NCBI GenBank assembly: GCA_963775685.1
Contig: CAVZJV010000005.1
Location: 95,465 to 159,464, forward strand
Direction: 5' to 3'
Origin: Candidatus Bathyarchaeota archaeon
GTDB taxonomy: Archaea; Thermoproteota; Bathyarchaeia; Bathyarchaeales; Bathycorpusculaceae
Length of the DNA stretch: 64,000 nt
Positions 1-7,870 of the stretch are shown one piece after another (position 1 is the stretch's first letter; every line of letters starts with the position of its first letter). The notes below the pieces were generated by a model. It saw only the letters and a list, made by a program, of their open reading frames with translations, had not been told where the DNA came from and ran no database searches. The position numbers and the translations under genes were made by a program.

Positions 1-116
1 TAGCTACTTTTTGAAAACGTCTTTTTGGAAATGGCAAAAAAATTGAAAAATTCCCAGATGGGGGGGGTTATATCTGAAAGGCGTATTTTCTTTTTTCTGG
101 CGTTACATTCTTTTGC

Positions 117-350
117 CTATTTAGTGCGAAGTGTCATACGTCTAAAGAGTAAGCCCATTTGCGAAACAACTTTCTCGTTAGCATAGTATTTTTGGAAGCA
201 TTGTTCACAAATAGCCTTCATTTTCTGTGAATCTGGAATAAACCCTTCAATGTTAGAGTAAACCGTTTCACCTTTTTCAATGGTTCGGTCACACTTACCG
301 CATTTACCAGAGAACAACGCCTTTCCTTTTGTCCAAACCATCTTTACCAC
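117..350 (-). CDS. Small Zn-finger protein
   Basis: CGKC...CEQC Cys pairs, 77 aa. Confidence 0.6.
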   Translation of the reverse strand: MVKMVWTKGKALFSGKCGKCDRTIEKGETVYSNIEGFIPDSQKMKAICEQCFQKYYANEKVVSQMGLLFRRMTLRTK

Positions 351-533
351 CAGAAGTGATGATATTGGTTATGTTAGCTTTTATGTTTTTGCATCTCTCA
401 GCTTTTTCTAAGTCCCATTTGGTTTCCATAATTTAAAGGAAACGTTGAAGGAAGATGAGGCGTTATAAGAAGCAAATAGGTAACCATTAAAATGATAAGT
501 AAACAAACCCAAATTATAAAAGATTTTTTTCTA

Positions 534-1250
534 CTAAATTTCTTGTTCAGAAACGTCTTTTTGGAATAATTTTGAGCGAAGTTTGCATATTTCTTTCTCA
601 ATAGTAGCAAACTCTTCCAGCTCTTTCGAATACAATTCTCCAACCCTTTGATAAAACCATTTGTAAAAATCTTTGATTAAACATTGATATTGATTTAATA
701 CAACCTTCAAGTCAACCTCTTGATTGACACGGATGTACCTTTTAGAACCAGCACTCAATTTCTTTGAAGGTAACCTTTGCTTTTCCAACAGTATGCTTTG
801 TTTAATTTGCTGCTCTTCTCTGGAAAAATGTGTTAACAAGTAGGGAAATTCAATATGTTGGGTAATATTTCGCAAGTCTTTTATAAAAACGTAACAATCG
901 TTAGGCTCTAAAGCGTTGACTCTTGCATCATATTCTTCTTTTAGTTTTGAGTATTTCTCACAAAATCTTGAATTATGTCTAATCAAACTGAAAGTACTGG
1001 AAAGATAATTATGCAGTAGTCTTGAAAGTTCTCTAAAAAAGAGAGTACGTTCTTTTCCACTATTCCACAATGCTGAGTTGCCTTCGTAATTTGCCATTGC
1101 TAAGGATAATTCTTGATAGTTTCTGTTTACTGCATAATGAGTACTTTTAAATTGTCTAAGCATTATAACGATTTTTGTGCCTTCTAACGTTTCTTGCTTG
1201 TCAGTAAGTTCATTTAATCTTTCAACAATTTCAAATTGTTCTTGACTCAT
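534..1250 (-). CDS. Alpha-helical protein with HEPN-like RxxxxH motif
   Basis: 238-aa ORF with LHNYLSS and LRNITQH (R-x4-H) motifs. Confidence 0.6.
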   Translation of the reverse strand: MSQEQFEIVERLNELTDKQETLEGTKIVIMLRQFKSTHYAVNRNYQELSLAMANYEGNSALWNSGKERTLFFRELSRLLHNYLSSTFSLIRHNSRFCEKYSKLKEEYDARVNALEPNDCYVFIKDLRNITQHIEFPYLLTHFSREEQQIKQSILLEKQRLPSKKLSAGSKRYIRVNQEVDLKVVLNQYQCLIKDFYKWFYQRVGELYSKELEEFATIEKEICKLRSKLFQKDVSEQEI

Positions 1251-1384
1251 TATTTTTCAACATATCCTTAGTCTGTCTGACATTTAGGAACGCGCTAATA
1301 TTCAGTTTTAAGTTTTTTGGCTATTTCTACGCTGTTACAAATTTAAGACTTATTACGTTTTCAAAAAACAAAATGAGGAAAGGG

Positions 1385-2101
1385 CTATTTCTTGGCTTTT
1401 CTCCTTTTGATAAATACAATTGACAATAATGATGCAACTACGAGTATTGGCAGAATTAACCACGATGGAAACTCTGGAACTGTAGGTGTAGGAGTTGGGT
1501 TCTGGGAAGAATAAGGCGTAGCTGTCGGGTCTTGTGTTGGTGTTGCTGTCGGAGTTGCTGTAGGTGTTGGGGCAACTGTTGATGTTGGACTTGGACTTGG
1601 AGTGGTGTTATCCACGGAAGGTGACACATAAAGCACCCAATCATCAACGTTGGTAGTGAGGAAATAAATCTTGTAGCCTTGGCTACCTATCTGTGAATTC
1701 TTTAGACTGTAAGGATAAGGGTTGATTAAATCAATGCCAGTTGTGCCTGCGTTGGCGTAGCCATCATTGCCGCTGTCGCCTACCATAACATTGGTAGCTA
1801 CATCATAAATACTGTATTTTACCCATGTATATTCATAGTAACCGCTGGTGTAGTTGCAGTCCCATTGCATCCACCACATACCATTAGGGTTGGTCGCCGT
1901 CTTAGGTATGAAAACTGTAGGCACAGCATAATCTGTATTTTTGAAAGTATAGGTCGGCGAGGTCAGCGGGGAATCGGGTTGTGGATTTATCCATGGAAGA
2001 AGAGGAAAAGCATCTGCAGGTGCAATCATACAAACCGCAAAAAAGACTAATACGACAGTTACCAAACTACAAATAACCAATACTTTGTTTGCTAAACGCA
2101 T
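1385..2101 (-). CDS. Secreted surface protein with Pro/Thr linker and PEF-CTERM sorting signal
   Basis: Signal peptide, PT-rich stalk, VPEF + TM helix + KRRKAKK tail. Confidence 0.85.
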   Translation of the reverse strand: MRLANKVLVICSLVTVVLVFFAVCMIAPADAFPLLPWINPQPDSPLTSPTYTFKNTDYAVPTVFIPKTATNPNGMWWMQWDCNYTSGYYEYTWVKYSIYDVATNVMVGDSGNDGYANAGTTGIDLINPYPYSLKNSQIGSQGYKIYFLTTNVDDWVLYVSPSVDNTTPSPSPTSTVAPTPTATPTATPTQDPTATPYSSQNPTPTPTVPEFPSWLILPILVVASLLSIVFIKRRKAKK

Positions 2102-2130
2102 AACTACCGCTTCTCCCCAGTTGTAGTGTT

Positions 2131-2340
2131 ATGTTTTTAGCTATTAATAATTTTAGTAATAGTACTCACAATATACTCTACGATTCATTCTCAAATAGTA
2201 CTATGAACTTACCGAAAGAAATGAAGGAAACTTTAGGCATAACTGAGATAAAAGGCAAAATATTGTTTATCTTAGAAGGCTCTCAAGTCATAGTGCAAAA
2301 AGCCTATTTTTATCTGTCAATTTTGACCATTAAAAAATGA
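2131..2340 (+). pseudogene. AbrB/MazE-like DNA-binding protein, possibly degenerate
   Basis: MNLPKEMKETLGI...KILFILEGSQVIVQKA resembles the AbrB swapped-hairpin pattern; start uncertain. Confidence 0.45.
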
Positions 2341-2384
2341 CAGAGAGATATCGGTTTTCTCCATAAAAAAATATATATATGCAC

Positions 2385-2942
2385 TTATCCAGCGTACAAT
2401 TCCCTTAACCTTTTGCTCTCTTCACACTTAACAATCTTGGAATATTCAACAATAAACTCTCTAATTTCACTATAATTAAGAGAGGTTACACGTTCCTTAT
2501 TGTTAATATCACTATTATGAGTAGTAGTATATTGAGAGGTTAATAGTAATTGTATTAATTGTTCTAATTGTGAAAAACCGCAAATTTGAATTTTGTCGGC
2601 TTGAGCAAGGTCTATAACGCTGTTATAGTTTTGTGGTCTATTGGTTAATAATACGTGGATGTGAAATTTATCGGCTATGTGGCAATCTTGGAATCTGGGT
2701 TTAACGCTGTCTAAATACCATTGCGTTCTTATGGGATAATCTGCTTCGCAATGTTTGTTTTCCACGTAAATTTTATATGAGCCAACAGTAAAAATAAAAT
2801 CTACTCCGACCCCTCTTTCCCTTTTCCATAGGTGTGGAATCCAAGAATTGTGATAAGTTAAATATTTGCTTAGTTTTTTGGCTTGAGTTTTTTTGAAAAT
2901 AGAGTACTCTTGGTTTATGCCTATCGTGTCGAATTTGCTCAA
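2385..2942 (-). CDS. PD-(D/E)XK nuclease-fold protein
   Basis: GVDFIF...IYVENKH (D...ExK) motif. Confidence 0.65.
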   Translation of the reverse strand: MSKFDTIGINQEYSIFKKTQAKKLSKYLTYHNSWIPHLWKRERGVGVDFIFTVGSYKIYVENKHCEADYPIRTQWYLDSVKPRFQDCHIADKFHIHVLLTNRPQNYNSVIDLAQADKIQICGFSQLEQLIQLLLTSQYTTTHNSDINNKERVTSLNYSEIREFIVEYSKIVKCEESKRLRELYAG

Positions 2943-2999
2943 GTATTGGCTTGTTATCGTTTTTTAGCACTCTCCCTTTTTAGGGTGTCACACTACTAT

Positions 3000-3182
3000 A
3001 TAAACTTTACGTTTGTAAATGTTTTGGTTGTCATATGTAAAGGTTCAGCATCCATCCACTTTTTAATCAAGTGATTAAAAAACGAACCCTAAAAGCCTTT
3101 ACATATGTAAAAGGTTTAGTTTACATAAAACCATAACATTTATATATTAGTGTATGCATTATAGTGCATAGAGGTTTACACT
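3000..3182. promoter_or_regulatory. Divergent control region with several palindromic operators and a TATA box
   Basis: TTTAC-N4-GTAAA at 3006-3019 and 3098-3111; TTTTTAATCA-AG-TGATTAAAAA at 3060-3081; ATTTATATA near 3138; near-palindrome TATGCATTATAGTGCATA before the RHH gene. Confidence 0.7.
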
Positions 3183-3527
3183 ATGTCAAGTAAAACTAAT
3201 CAAACAGTTTATGTTCGTAAAGGCTCTCAAGCAGTTTTGAAACAATTAAGTGAAAAGACCCGATTAAGTCAGAGTGAAATTTTGGCTAATTGGCTCTCTG
3301 CTATAGAGGTAGTTATGAACCGTTTTTCAGACTTGTCATATGACCGTTTAAGTTTTGCTTCATATCCGACAGAGAGAAAAGAAGTCAAAACGCTGTTAGC
3401 ACCTATAATTAGTGGTGAAGTTCAATTCCAGCTTGATAACACAAGCGAATCTGTAAATGAGGCGAGAGCAGACCACGCAGTGACTAAAGACCTTGAAAGA
3501 ATAGCTCAAAAGGCAAAGGTGAACTAA
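3183..3527 (+). CDS. Ribbon-helix-helix (CopG-like) protein with C-terminal extension
   Basis: QTVYVRKGSQAVLKQLSEKTRLSQSEIL pattern. Confidence 0.7.
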   Translation: MSSKTNQTVYVRKGSQAVLKQLSEKTRLSQSEILANWLSAIEVVMNRFSDLSYDRLSFASYPTERKEVKTLLAPIISGEVQFQLDNTSESVNEARADHAVTKDLERIAQKAKVN

Positions 3528-3528
3528 A

Positions 3529-4203
3529 ATGACCCCTGAAGAAATTGCAGAACAATGGAAAAAAGAAGGCGAAGCACGAATTAACGGTCAACAGCGAACC
3601 GAAGTTATAAAAATTAACGTTGATAATCAAGCCATTACCGATACAATCAACGAAAACAAGAAACTTAAAGCAGAAATTGAAGAGGGAAAGGATGCAACAG
3701 ACTTATTTACTGAATTAAAAGAAAAAGCAAGCGTAGAATTAACGTCTCTCGGTGTGAATACTGAGGTCTCAGATTTAAAGAGCAAAAACGATTTAGATAG
3801 AGCAATAACGACAATTCAGAAATTAAAGGCTGGAAAAGGCTCAAATTCTAATTATCCAAGCATCCCAAGTGGAACAGTGCCGTTATCAAGCCAAACGCCT
3901 GCTAAAAAGTCTGGATATTCAAACGTTGAACAAATGGTGGATGACGCAAACCAGAACAAGGAAATAAGAAACGCATTGCTCTCTAAATGCTTAAAAGGCG
4001 TAAAAGAAGGGCATTTAATTCTCAAAAGCTATGAGTTGCCACTACCAGAAACTCAAACCTCAGATTTAATTGAGAATGGGAAATTATCAAAAAAACCTGA
4101 CGTTCTCGGAATTCAACATATGCACCGAACTAAGAAACTAAGGGAACGTGCTGAAAAAGGCGACTCTCAAGCAATTGACCTTTTGAACAGTGGAAATTAT
4201 TAA
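3529..4203 (+). CDS. Hypothetical coiled-coil protein of the element
   Basis: 224-aa ORF tightly coupled to neighbours, AGGTGA RBS. Confidence 0.75.
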   Translation: MTPEEIAEQWKKEGEARINGQQRTEVIKINVDNQAITDTINENKKLKAEIEEGKDATDLFTELKEKASVELTSLGVNTEVSDLKSKNDLDRAITTIQKLKAGKGSNSNYPSIPSGTVPLSSQTPAKKSGYSNVEQMVDDANQNKEIRNALLSKCLKGVKEGHLILKSYELPLPETQTSDLIENGKLSKKPDVLGIQHMHRTKKLRERAEKGDSQAIDLLNSGNY

Positions 4204-4206
4204 AAG

Positions 4207-4698
4207 GTGTTATGTATGGGTAAAAGACAAAAAATAGCATTTAACGAAAATAGCGAAGTGGTTTTTCTAACCATTGACACAAACACAAACGAAACCATTG
4301 AGACGAAAACCCCTTTAGAAATGGGTCTCTGGAAAAGCAGAGAATTCTATTACATTTTTAAGAGATGTGCCTTAAATCCAGTTTCACTTCAAAACATAGA
4401 AGGATTTTTCATTCAAAAAGTGCTTTTTCGTTGTCCTAATAAAGACGGTCTCGAATTCCATTACTTTTACTTCGAAAAAGGGTTTAGTTTGCCTTGTTGT
4501 AGAATCTTAGACCCACGGTTAAACAATTTGTGCGGTTTAACTTTCCAAGTTTCGACAAATGACCCAACATTCACTAAAAATATAGGTAAACCTAAACGTT
4601 TGTCTAATACAATCGTTAAAAAAGCGATAATTGACAAAAAATATAATGGCATTGATGTTTTAGGATGCTATAGTGAAGACGGCTCGGAGAGGGTTTAA
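4207..4698 (+). CDS. Hypothetical protein
   Basis: 163-aa ORF in the operon; start probably ATG near 4216. Confidence 0.65.
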   Translation: MLCMGKRQKIAFNENSEVVFLTIDTNTNETIETKTPLEMGLWKSREFYYIFKRCALNPVSLQNIEGFFIQKVLFRCPNKDGLEFHYFYFEKGFSLPCCRILDPRLNNLCGLTFQVSTNDPTFTKNIGKPKRLSNTIVKKAIIDKKYNGIDVLGCYSEDGSERV

Positions 4699-4699
4699 A

Positions 4700-4782
4700 G
4701 TGACTGTGTTTAGCTGTGTCTCTTTGGTTTCTTTGAGTCATATCGGGTTTCACCTATTTCACTACACGGCTAAGCACTTCAC
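4700..4782 (+). other. Intergenic stem-loop, 14-bp stem with two G-U pairs
   Basis: GTGTTTAGCTGTGT (4706-4719) pairs with ACACGGCTAAGCAC (4764-4777). Confidence 0.55.
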
Positions 4783-4807
4783 AATTTAAAATTAAGGTGA
4801 TTAGTCT

Positions 4808-5176
4808 ATGCCTTTAAAAAATTGCAAAAAGTGCGGAAAGCCATTTCGGGCTAATACTGGTCAAACGCATTGCCATAATCCTTGTTACCCAGAGAGTGAA
4901 AAAACTTTCAATCATTGCAGTGAGTGCGGTAGAAAACTAATTAATGGTTTTTGGTCTCGAAAACCTGAAAGTGAAAGGATATGCAGTTTTTGCGATGACC
5001 GACATAAAAAATTAAGGGTAACTCAAAAAGAAGACGCACGGAAAAAAACGCTTAGAAAATGCTCAGAATGTGGTGAATATTCGTATTTAGTGCTTAAAGA
5101 ATCGCTTTGCCGTGCTTGTTTCAGAAAAAAAGAGAATCCCAGAATTATATCAATAAAAGAGGTTAAAAATTTATGA
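4808..5176 (+). CDS. Multi-Zn-finger protein
   Basis: Six CxxC-type motifs, basic, AGGTGA RBS. Confidence 0.75.
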   Translation: MPLKNCKKCGKPFRANTGQTHCHNPCYPESEKTFNHCSECGRKLINGFWSRKPESERICSFCDDRHKKLRVTQKEDARKKTLRKCSECGEYSYLVLKESLCRACFRKKENPRIISIKEVKNL

Positions 5177-5298
5177 GTGAAATTCAAAAAGAAAAATGCG
5201 TTTGTGGTTACTCTGAGACCACTTTAAAACTAACTGAATGCACTCAATTAGAAGTTTGCAGTTATTGCGGCTCTATTAGAAGGAAATTTCAGTTTTGA
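5173..5298 (+). CDS. 41-aa Zn-ribbon microprotein (not in ORF track)
   Basis: MSEIQKEKCVCGY...VCSYCGSIRRKFQF; ATGA overlap with the upstream stop, GAGGT RBS. Confidence 0.6.
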   Translation: MSEIQKEKCVCGYSETTLKLTECTQLEVCSYCGSIRRKFQF

Positions 5299-5309
5299 GA
5301 GTGGTAAAT

Positions 5310-5459
5310 ATGGAAGACATAAACAATTTAGAACCTAAAAAACAGAAAAAAGCTAAAACGTTTGAAGAGTGGGAAGCATCTCACAACTTTAAAGACGTTG
5401 ACCCCAAATTAGTTTCTAAGGCAATTTTAGCTGAATATGATAATCGAGAGCAGTCTTGA
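5310..5459 (+). CDS. 49-aa microprotein (not in ORF track)
   Basis: MEDINNLEPKKQKKAKTFEEWE...; GAGTGG RBS, continues the operon. Confidence 0.55.
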   Translation: MEDINNLEPKKQKKAKTFEEWEASHNFKDVDPKLVSKAILAEYDNREQS

Positions 5460-5519
5460 AAAATTTCACGTATATTTTGACGTAGGGCTTTATAAGTGAC
5501 TGTTAAGAGTCAAGATATT

Positions 5520-5588
5520 TAGTGGTTGACTAATCGCCTCAAGGTTTCTGTAAAACTTTAGTCAATTGTGAAGGTTAGTCAACCACTA
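5520..5588. repeat. Perfect 14-bp inverted repeat with 41-bp spacer
   Basis: TAGTGGTTGACTAA (5520-5533) / TTAGTCAACCACTA (5575-5588); extra TTAGTCAA at 5558-5565. Confidence 0.9.
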
Positions 5589-5614
5589 TATTATTGAATT
5601 AAACAAAAAGTGAG

Positions 5615-5839
5615 GTGAAAACTATGCAAAAAATACAAAGTTTCGAATTTGTCTCCGTTAATCACACAAGAAAAACCGTGACCTTAGTTCTCACTCACAT
5701 CTATAACCCTCAATGCAAAGGTTGCAGAGAGAATTTAGTTGAAGCAAAACAGATTGCGAAAGATTACGGTTATACATTCATTCTGAAAGAGCCAAAAGAA
5801 GATTTGCCTTTTCTCAGAAGTGATTTCAATGAACGTTAA
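5615..5839 (+). CDS. Small CxxC protein
   Basis: GAGGTG RBS before ATG at 5624; CKGC motif. Confidence 0.6.
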   Translation: MKTMQKIQSFEFVSVNHTRKTVTLVLTHIYNPQCKGCRENLVEAKQIAKDYGYTFILKEPKEDLPFLRSDFNER

Positions 5840-5849
5840 CTCTTAGTTT

Positions 5850-6346
5850 TTTAACATCCACTCTAATTTTTTTTGCCAAACTAAAACCCCATTTCATTAA
5901 GTATTAATCCATAAACACATATTGTGAAATTAAACCCAAAATAATCCCTATTACGATATTAGACCTAATTATGTACCTATGGACTACTGAACTCTCGAAT
6001 TCAAGTCGAATCTAATTGGCGGGGGGGTATTTAGCCTTTTTTCAACCAATAGACCCCAAATTACAAATACTTTTCTCTTGAAGTTTAAATATTTTACTTC
6101 GAAACCTTTGTTTAATGTCCCTCTACTAAGAGAGACCCTCATTAAATAGTAGTTTTCTACAGTTTATGACACGCGGAATATTATTTAACATCCATCATAA
6201 GAGACCATTAACAGAGACATACACGGCTCTTTTTATGGTAACAATTAGAAACTTAACGGTCTTAGACTGTAGTTAATAGGGGTTTAATGAATGGTCTCGG
6301 CTCTGTTTGGGGTCAACCTTAGCCAAAAAAATTAATTTAACATCCA
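5850..6346. repeat. Non-coding region with direct repeats and nested inverted repeats
   Basis: TTTAACATCCA at 5850, 6184 and 6336; nested pairings 6052-6060/6306-6314, 6132-6146/6283-6298, 6157-6166/6263-6272. Confidence 0.75.
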
Positions 6347-6396
6347 CTTGAGAAACTTGGACAAATAAGAAGAGAAAAGAGAGCCTAAAAAAAGGC

Positions 6397-7638
6397 TTAA
6401 TCAATCTTCACTTTTTCGTTTTGCTGTTCTTTCAGTGCTTCTAAGACTATTCTCTTTATCGTGTTTGGGTCTGTTGCTGTGTTGTTTCTTATGAAGTCTT
6501 CAAGTTTAGCGATTCTTTCCAAGTCGGCTTTTCTCTCGGCTTTTCGTGTTTCTATTTCGACTTGCTGAGAGCCTATCAGGTTGTTTAGGTTTTCCTTGAT
6601 TTTTACTAAGTCTTCTCTGCTCTGCATTCCGTTGATTGAGACGAATTCAAAAGCCTTAGTGTAAGCGTCTTTTATGGTTTGTTCGTCATAGCCATAGTGA
6701 CCCCTTGAGCCTAAACGCTGGTGACCCATCATAAGGTCTTTAACTTCGCTTTTTATGTCGGCTCTGAGCAATGCCGAATTATAGAGACTTCTTAGATGCT
6801 TAGTTTTGAATTCTTTTGCTCTCTCTGAGCCTAAAGCCTTCTCTGCTAAGTTTTTCATTGATTCGTGAATTCGTCTAACCTCAATAGGTGCGTCAATTTC
6901 TGTTTTCTCTTTTGTCTCTGGGTCTATGTCTTCAATTTTTGCGTTTTTGGTTTGAGAAGTGAAGATAAAGCCTTTTTTCGGATTGCCTTTTTCGGCTAAT
7001 AGGTCTCTTAAATCGTGTACTGCTTCGAAACTTAAACAAGTGGCTTGTATTTCGCCAGTTTTTTCTCTGGGTTTCTCTAAAAAGTAGTGTGTGCTTATTG
7101 GGGTTTCATAGAATCCTTTCAAGTCTTCAATGCGAAACTCTGTTACGTCAACCTCAGAAAAACCCGACTGACTGAGAGCCAACAATAAGCAACGGTCTCT
7201 TAATGAGCCGTGGCTATACATTGCTTTAACATCATCCAGCTTTAGAGTCAATTTGTTTTTTATTCTGGTTGACTGAGTGCTGTTCCAGTCTCCACGTCTT
7301 AAATTTAGTTTTCCAGTGGTACGACCAAAAAAAGACGCTATTGTTCTTAGCTCTGATTTTATGCTTAGTGGTGCTAAAGTGGTTTCTGTCTCTCGTTTCT
7401 GTTTGTATTCTCTGAATTTCGACTCAAAAAAAGACCGTGCGGCTAAGTCTTTTGAATTCAAGTCTTCAATGCGTCTTTTTATTTGCTCTGTTGGGGTCAT
7501 TTCGATAAAGTCATTCCAGCTTAAAATCCCTCTTAAATAATTGCCTTTTGACTTTTCAGTGAGACCGTTAAGCCACTGGTTAACGTATTGGTCTTTTAGC
7601 AGTTCTGCAATTTTTGCCTTTATTTCAGTGTTGACCAT
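6397..7638 (-). CDS. Tyrosine recombinase/integrase
   Basis: N-terminal SAM-like core-binding region; LRDRCLL..SQSG, REKT, KHLR, MMGH and Tyr motifs; C-terminal coiled coil. Confidence 0.92.
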   Translation of the reverse strand: MVNTEIKAKIAELLKDQYVNQWLNGLTEKSKGNYLRGILSWNDFIEMTPTEQIKRRIEDLNSKDLAARSFFESKFREYKQKRETETTLAPLSIKSELRTIASFFGRTTGKLNLRRGDWNSTQSTRIKNKLTLKLDDVKAMYSHGSLRDRCLLLALSQSGFSEVDVTEFRIEDLKGFYETPISTHYFLEKPREKTGEIQATCLSFEAVHDLRDLLAEKGNPKKGFIFTSQTKNAKIEDIDPETKEKTEIDAPIEVRRIHESMKNLAEKALGSERAKEFKTKHLRSLYNSALLRADIKSEVKDLMMGHQRLGSRGHYGYDEQTIKDAYTKAFEFVSINGMQSREDLVKIKENLNNLIGSQQVEIETRKAERKADLERIAKLEDFIRNNTATDPNTIKRIVLEALKEQQNEKVKID

Positions 7639-7803
7639 CTAAGCCACTCCGAGAGCCTTTAGAAATTTGGCTTTATTGAATTTCTTATTATCTATTTCGA
7701 AATGTAGCATTAAATCTTTTGTGAATTCTTGCTTAGTGTTTGCAGTGGTTGACTTTAGGAATTCGGCAAAAAAGCAATAGTGTCTTTTTGTGAAATAGGT
7801 CAT
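7639..7803 (-). CDS. 54-aa virus-like microprotein coupled to the integrase (not in ORF track)
   Basis: MTYFTKRHYCFFAEFLK...HFEIDNKKFNKAKFLKALGVA; GGAGTGG RBS; stop abuts the integrase ATG. Confidence 0.7.
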   Translation of the reverse strand: MTYFTKRHYCFFAEFLKSTTANTKQEFTKDLMLHFEIDNKKFNKAKFLKALGVA

Positions 7804-7804
7804 T

Positions 7805-7870
7805 TTAAGCCACTCCATAAGCCTTTAAAACTGCTTTTCTTGTTTTGGGGTCTAATTGGTAACGGCTCAA
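7805..7870 (-). CDS. Possible 21-aa leader peptide
   Basis: TTG start, MSRYQLDPKTRKAVLKAYGVA; its 3' end duplicates that of the next ORF. Confidence 0.35.
   Translation of the reverse strand: MSRYQLDPKTRKAVLKAYGVA

Noticed and set aside
51-80. TTATATCTGAA resembling one arm of an archaeal dif site
   Set aside because: The left arm is replaced by a G run; no 11-6-11 symmetry.
1490-1610. Short tandem-like repeats
   Set aside because: They encode the Pro/Thr linker of the surface protein.
5520-5588. IS200/IS605 or IscB end (GTCAAC motif)
   Set aside because: No TnpA, TnpB or IscB gene and no GC-rich subterminal hairpin follows.
5850-6346. CRISPR mini-array
   Set aside because: The repeat is only 11 bp with irregular spacing (334 and 152 bp); no cas genes.
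4700-6350. Integron-like array beside the integrase
   Set aside because: Hairpins lack the RYYYAAC...GTTRRRY order and the integrase is convergent with the ORFs.
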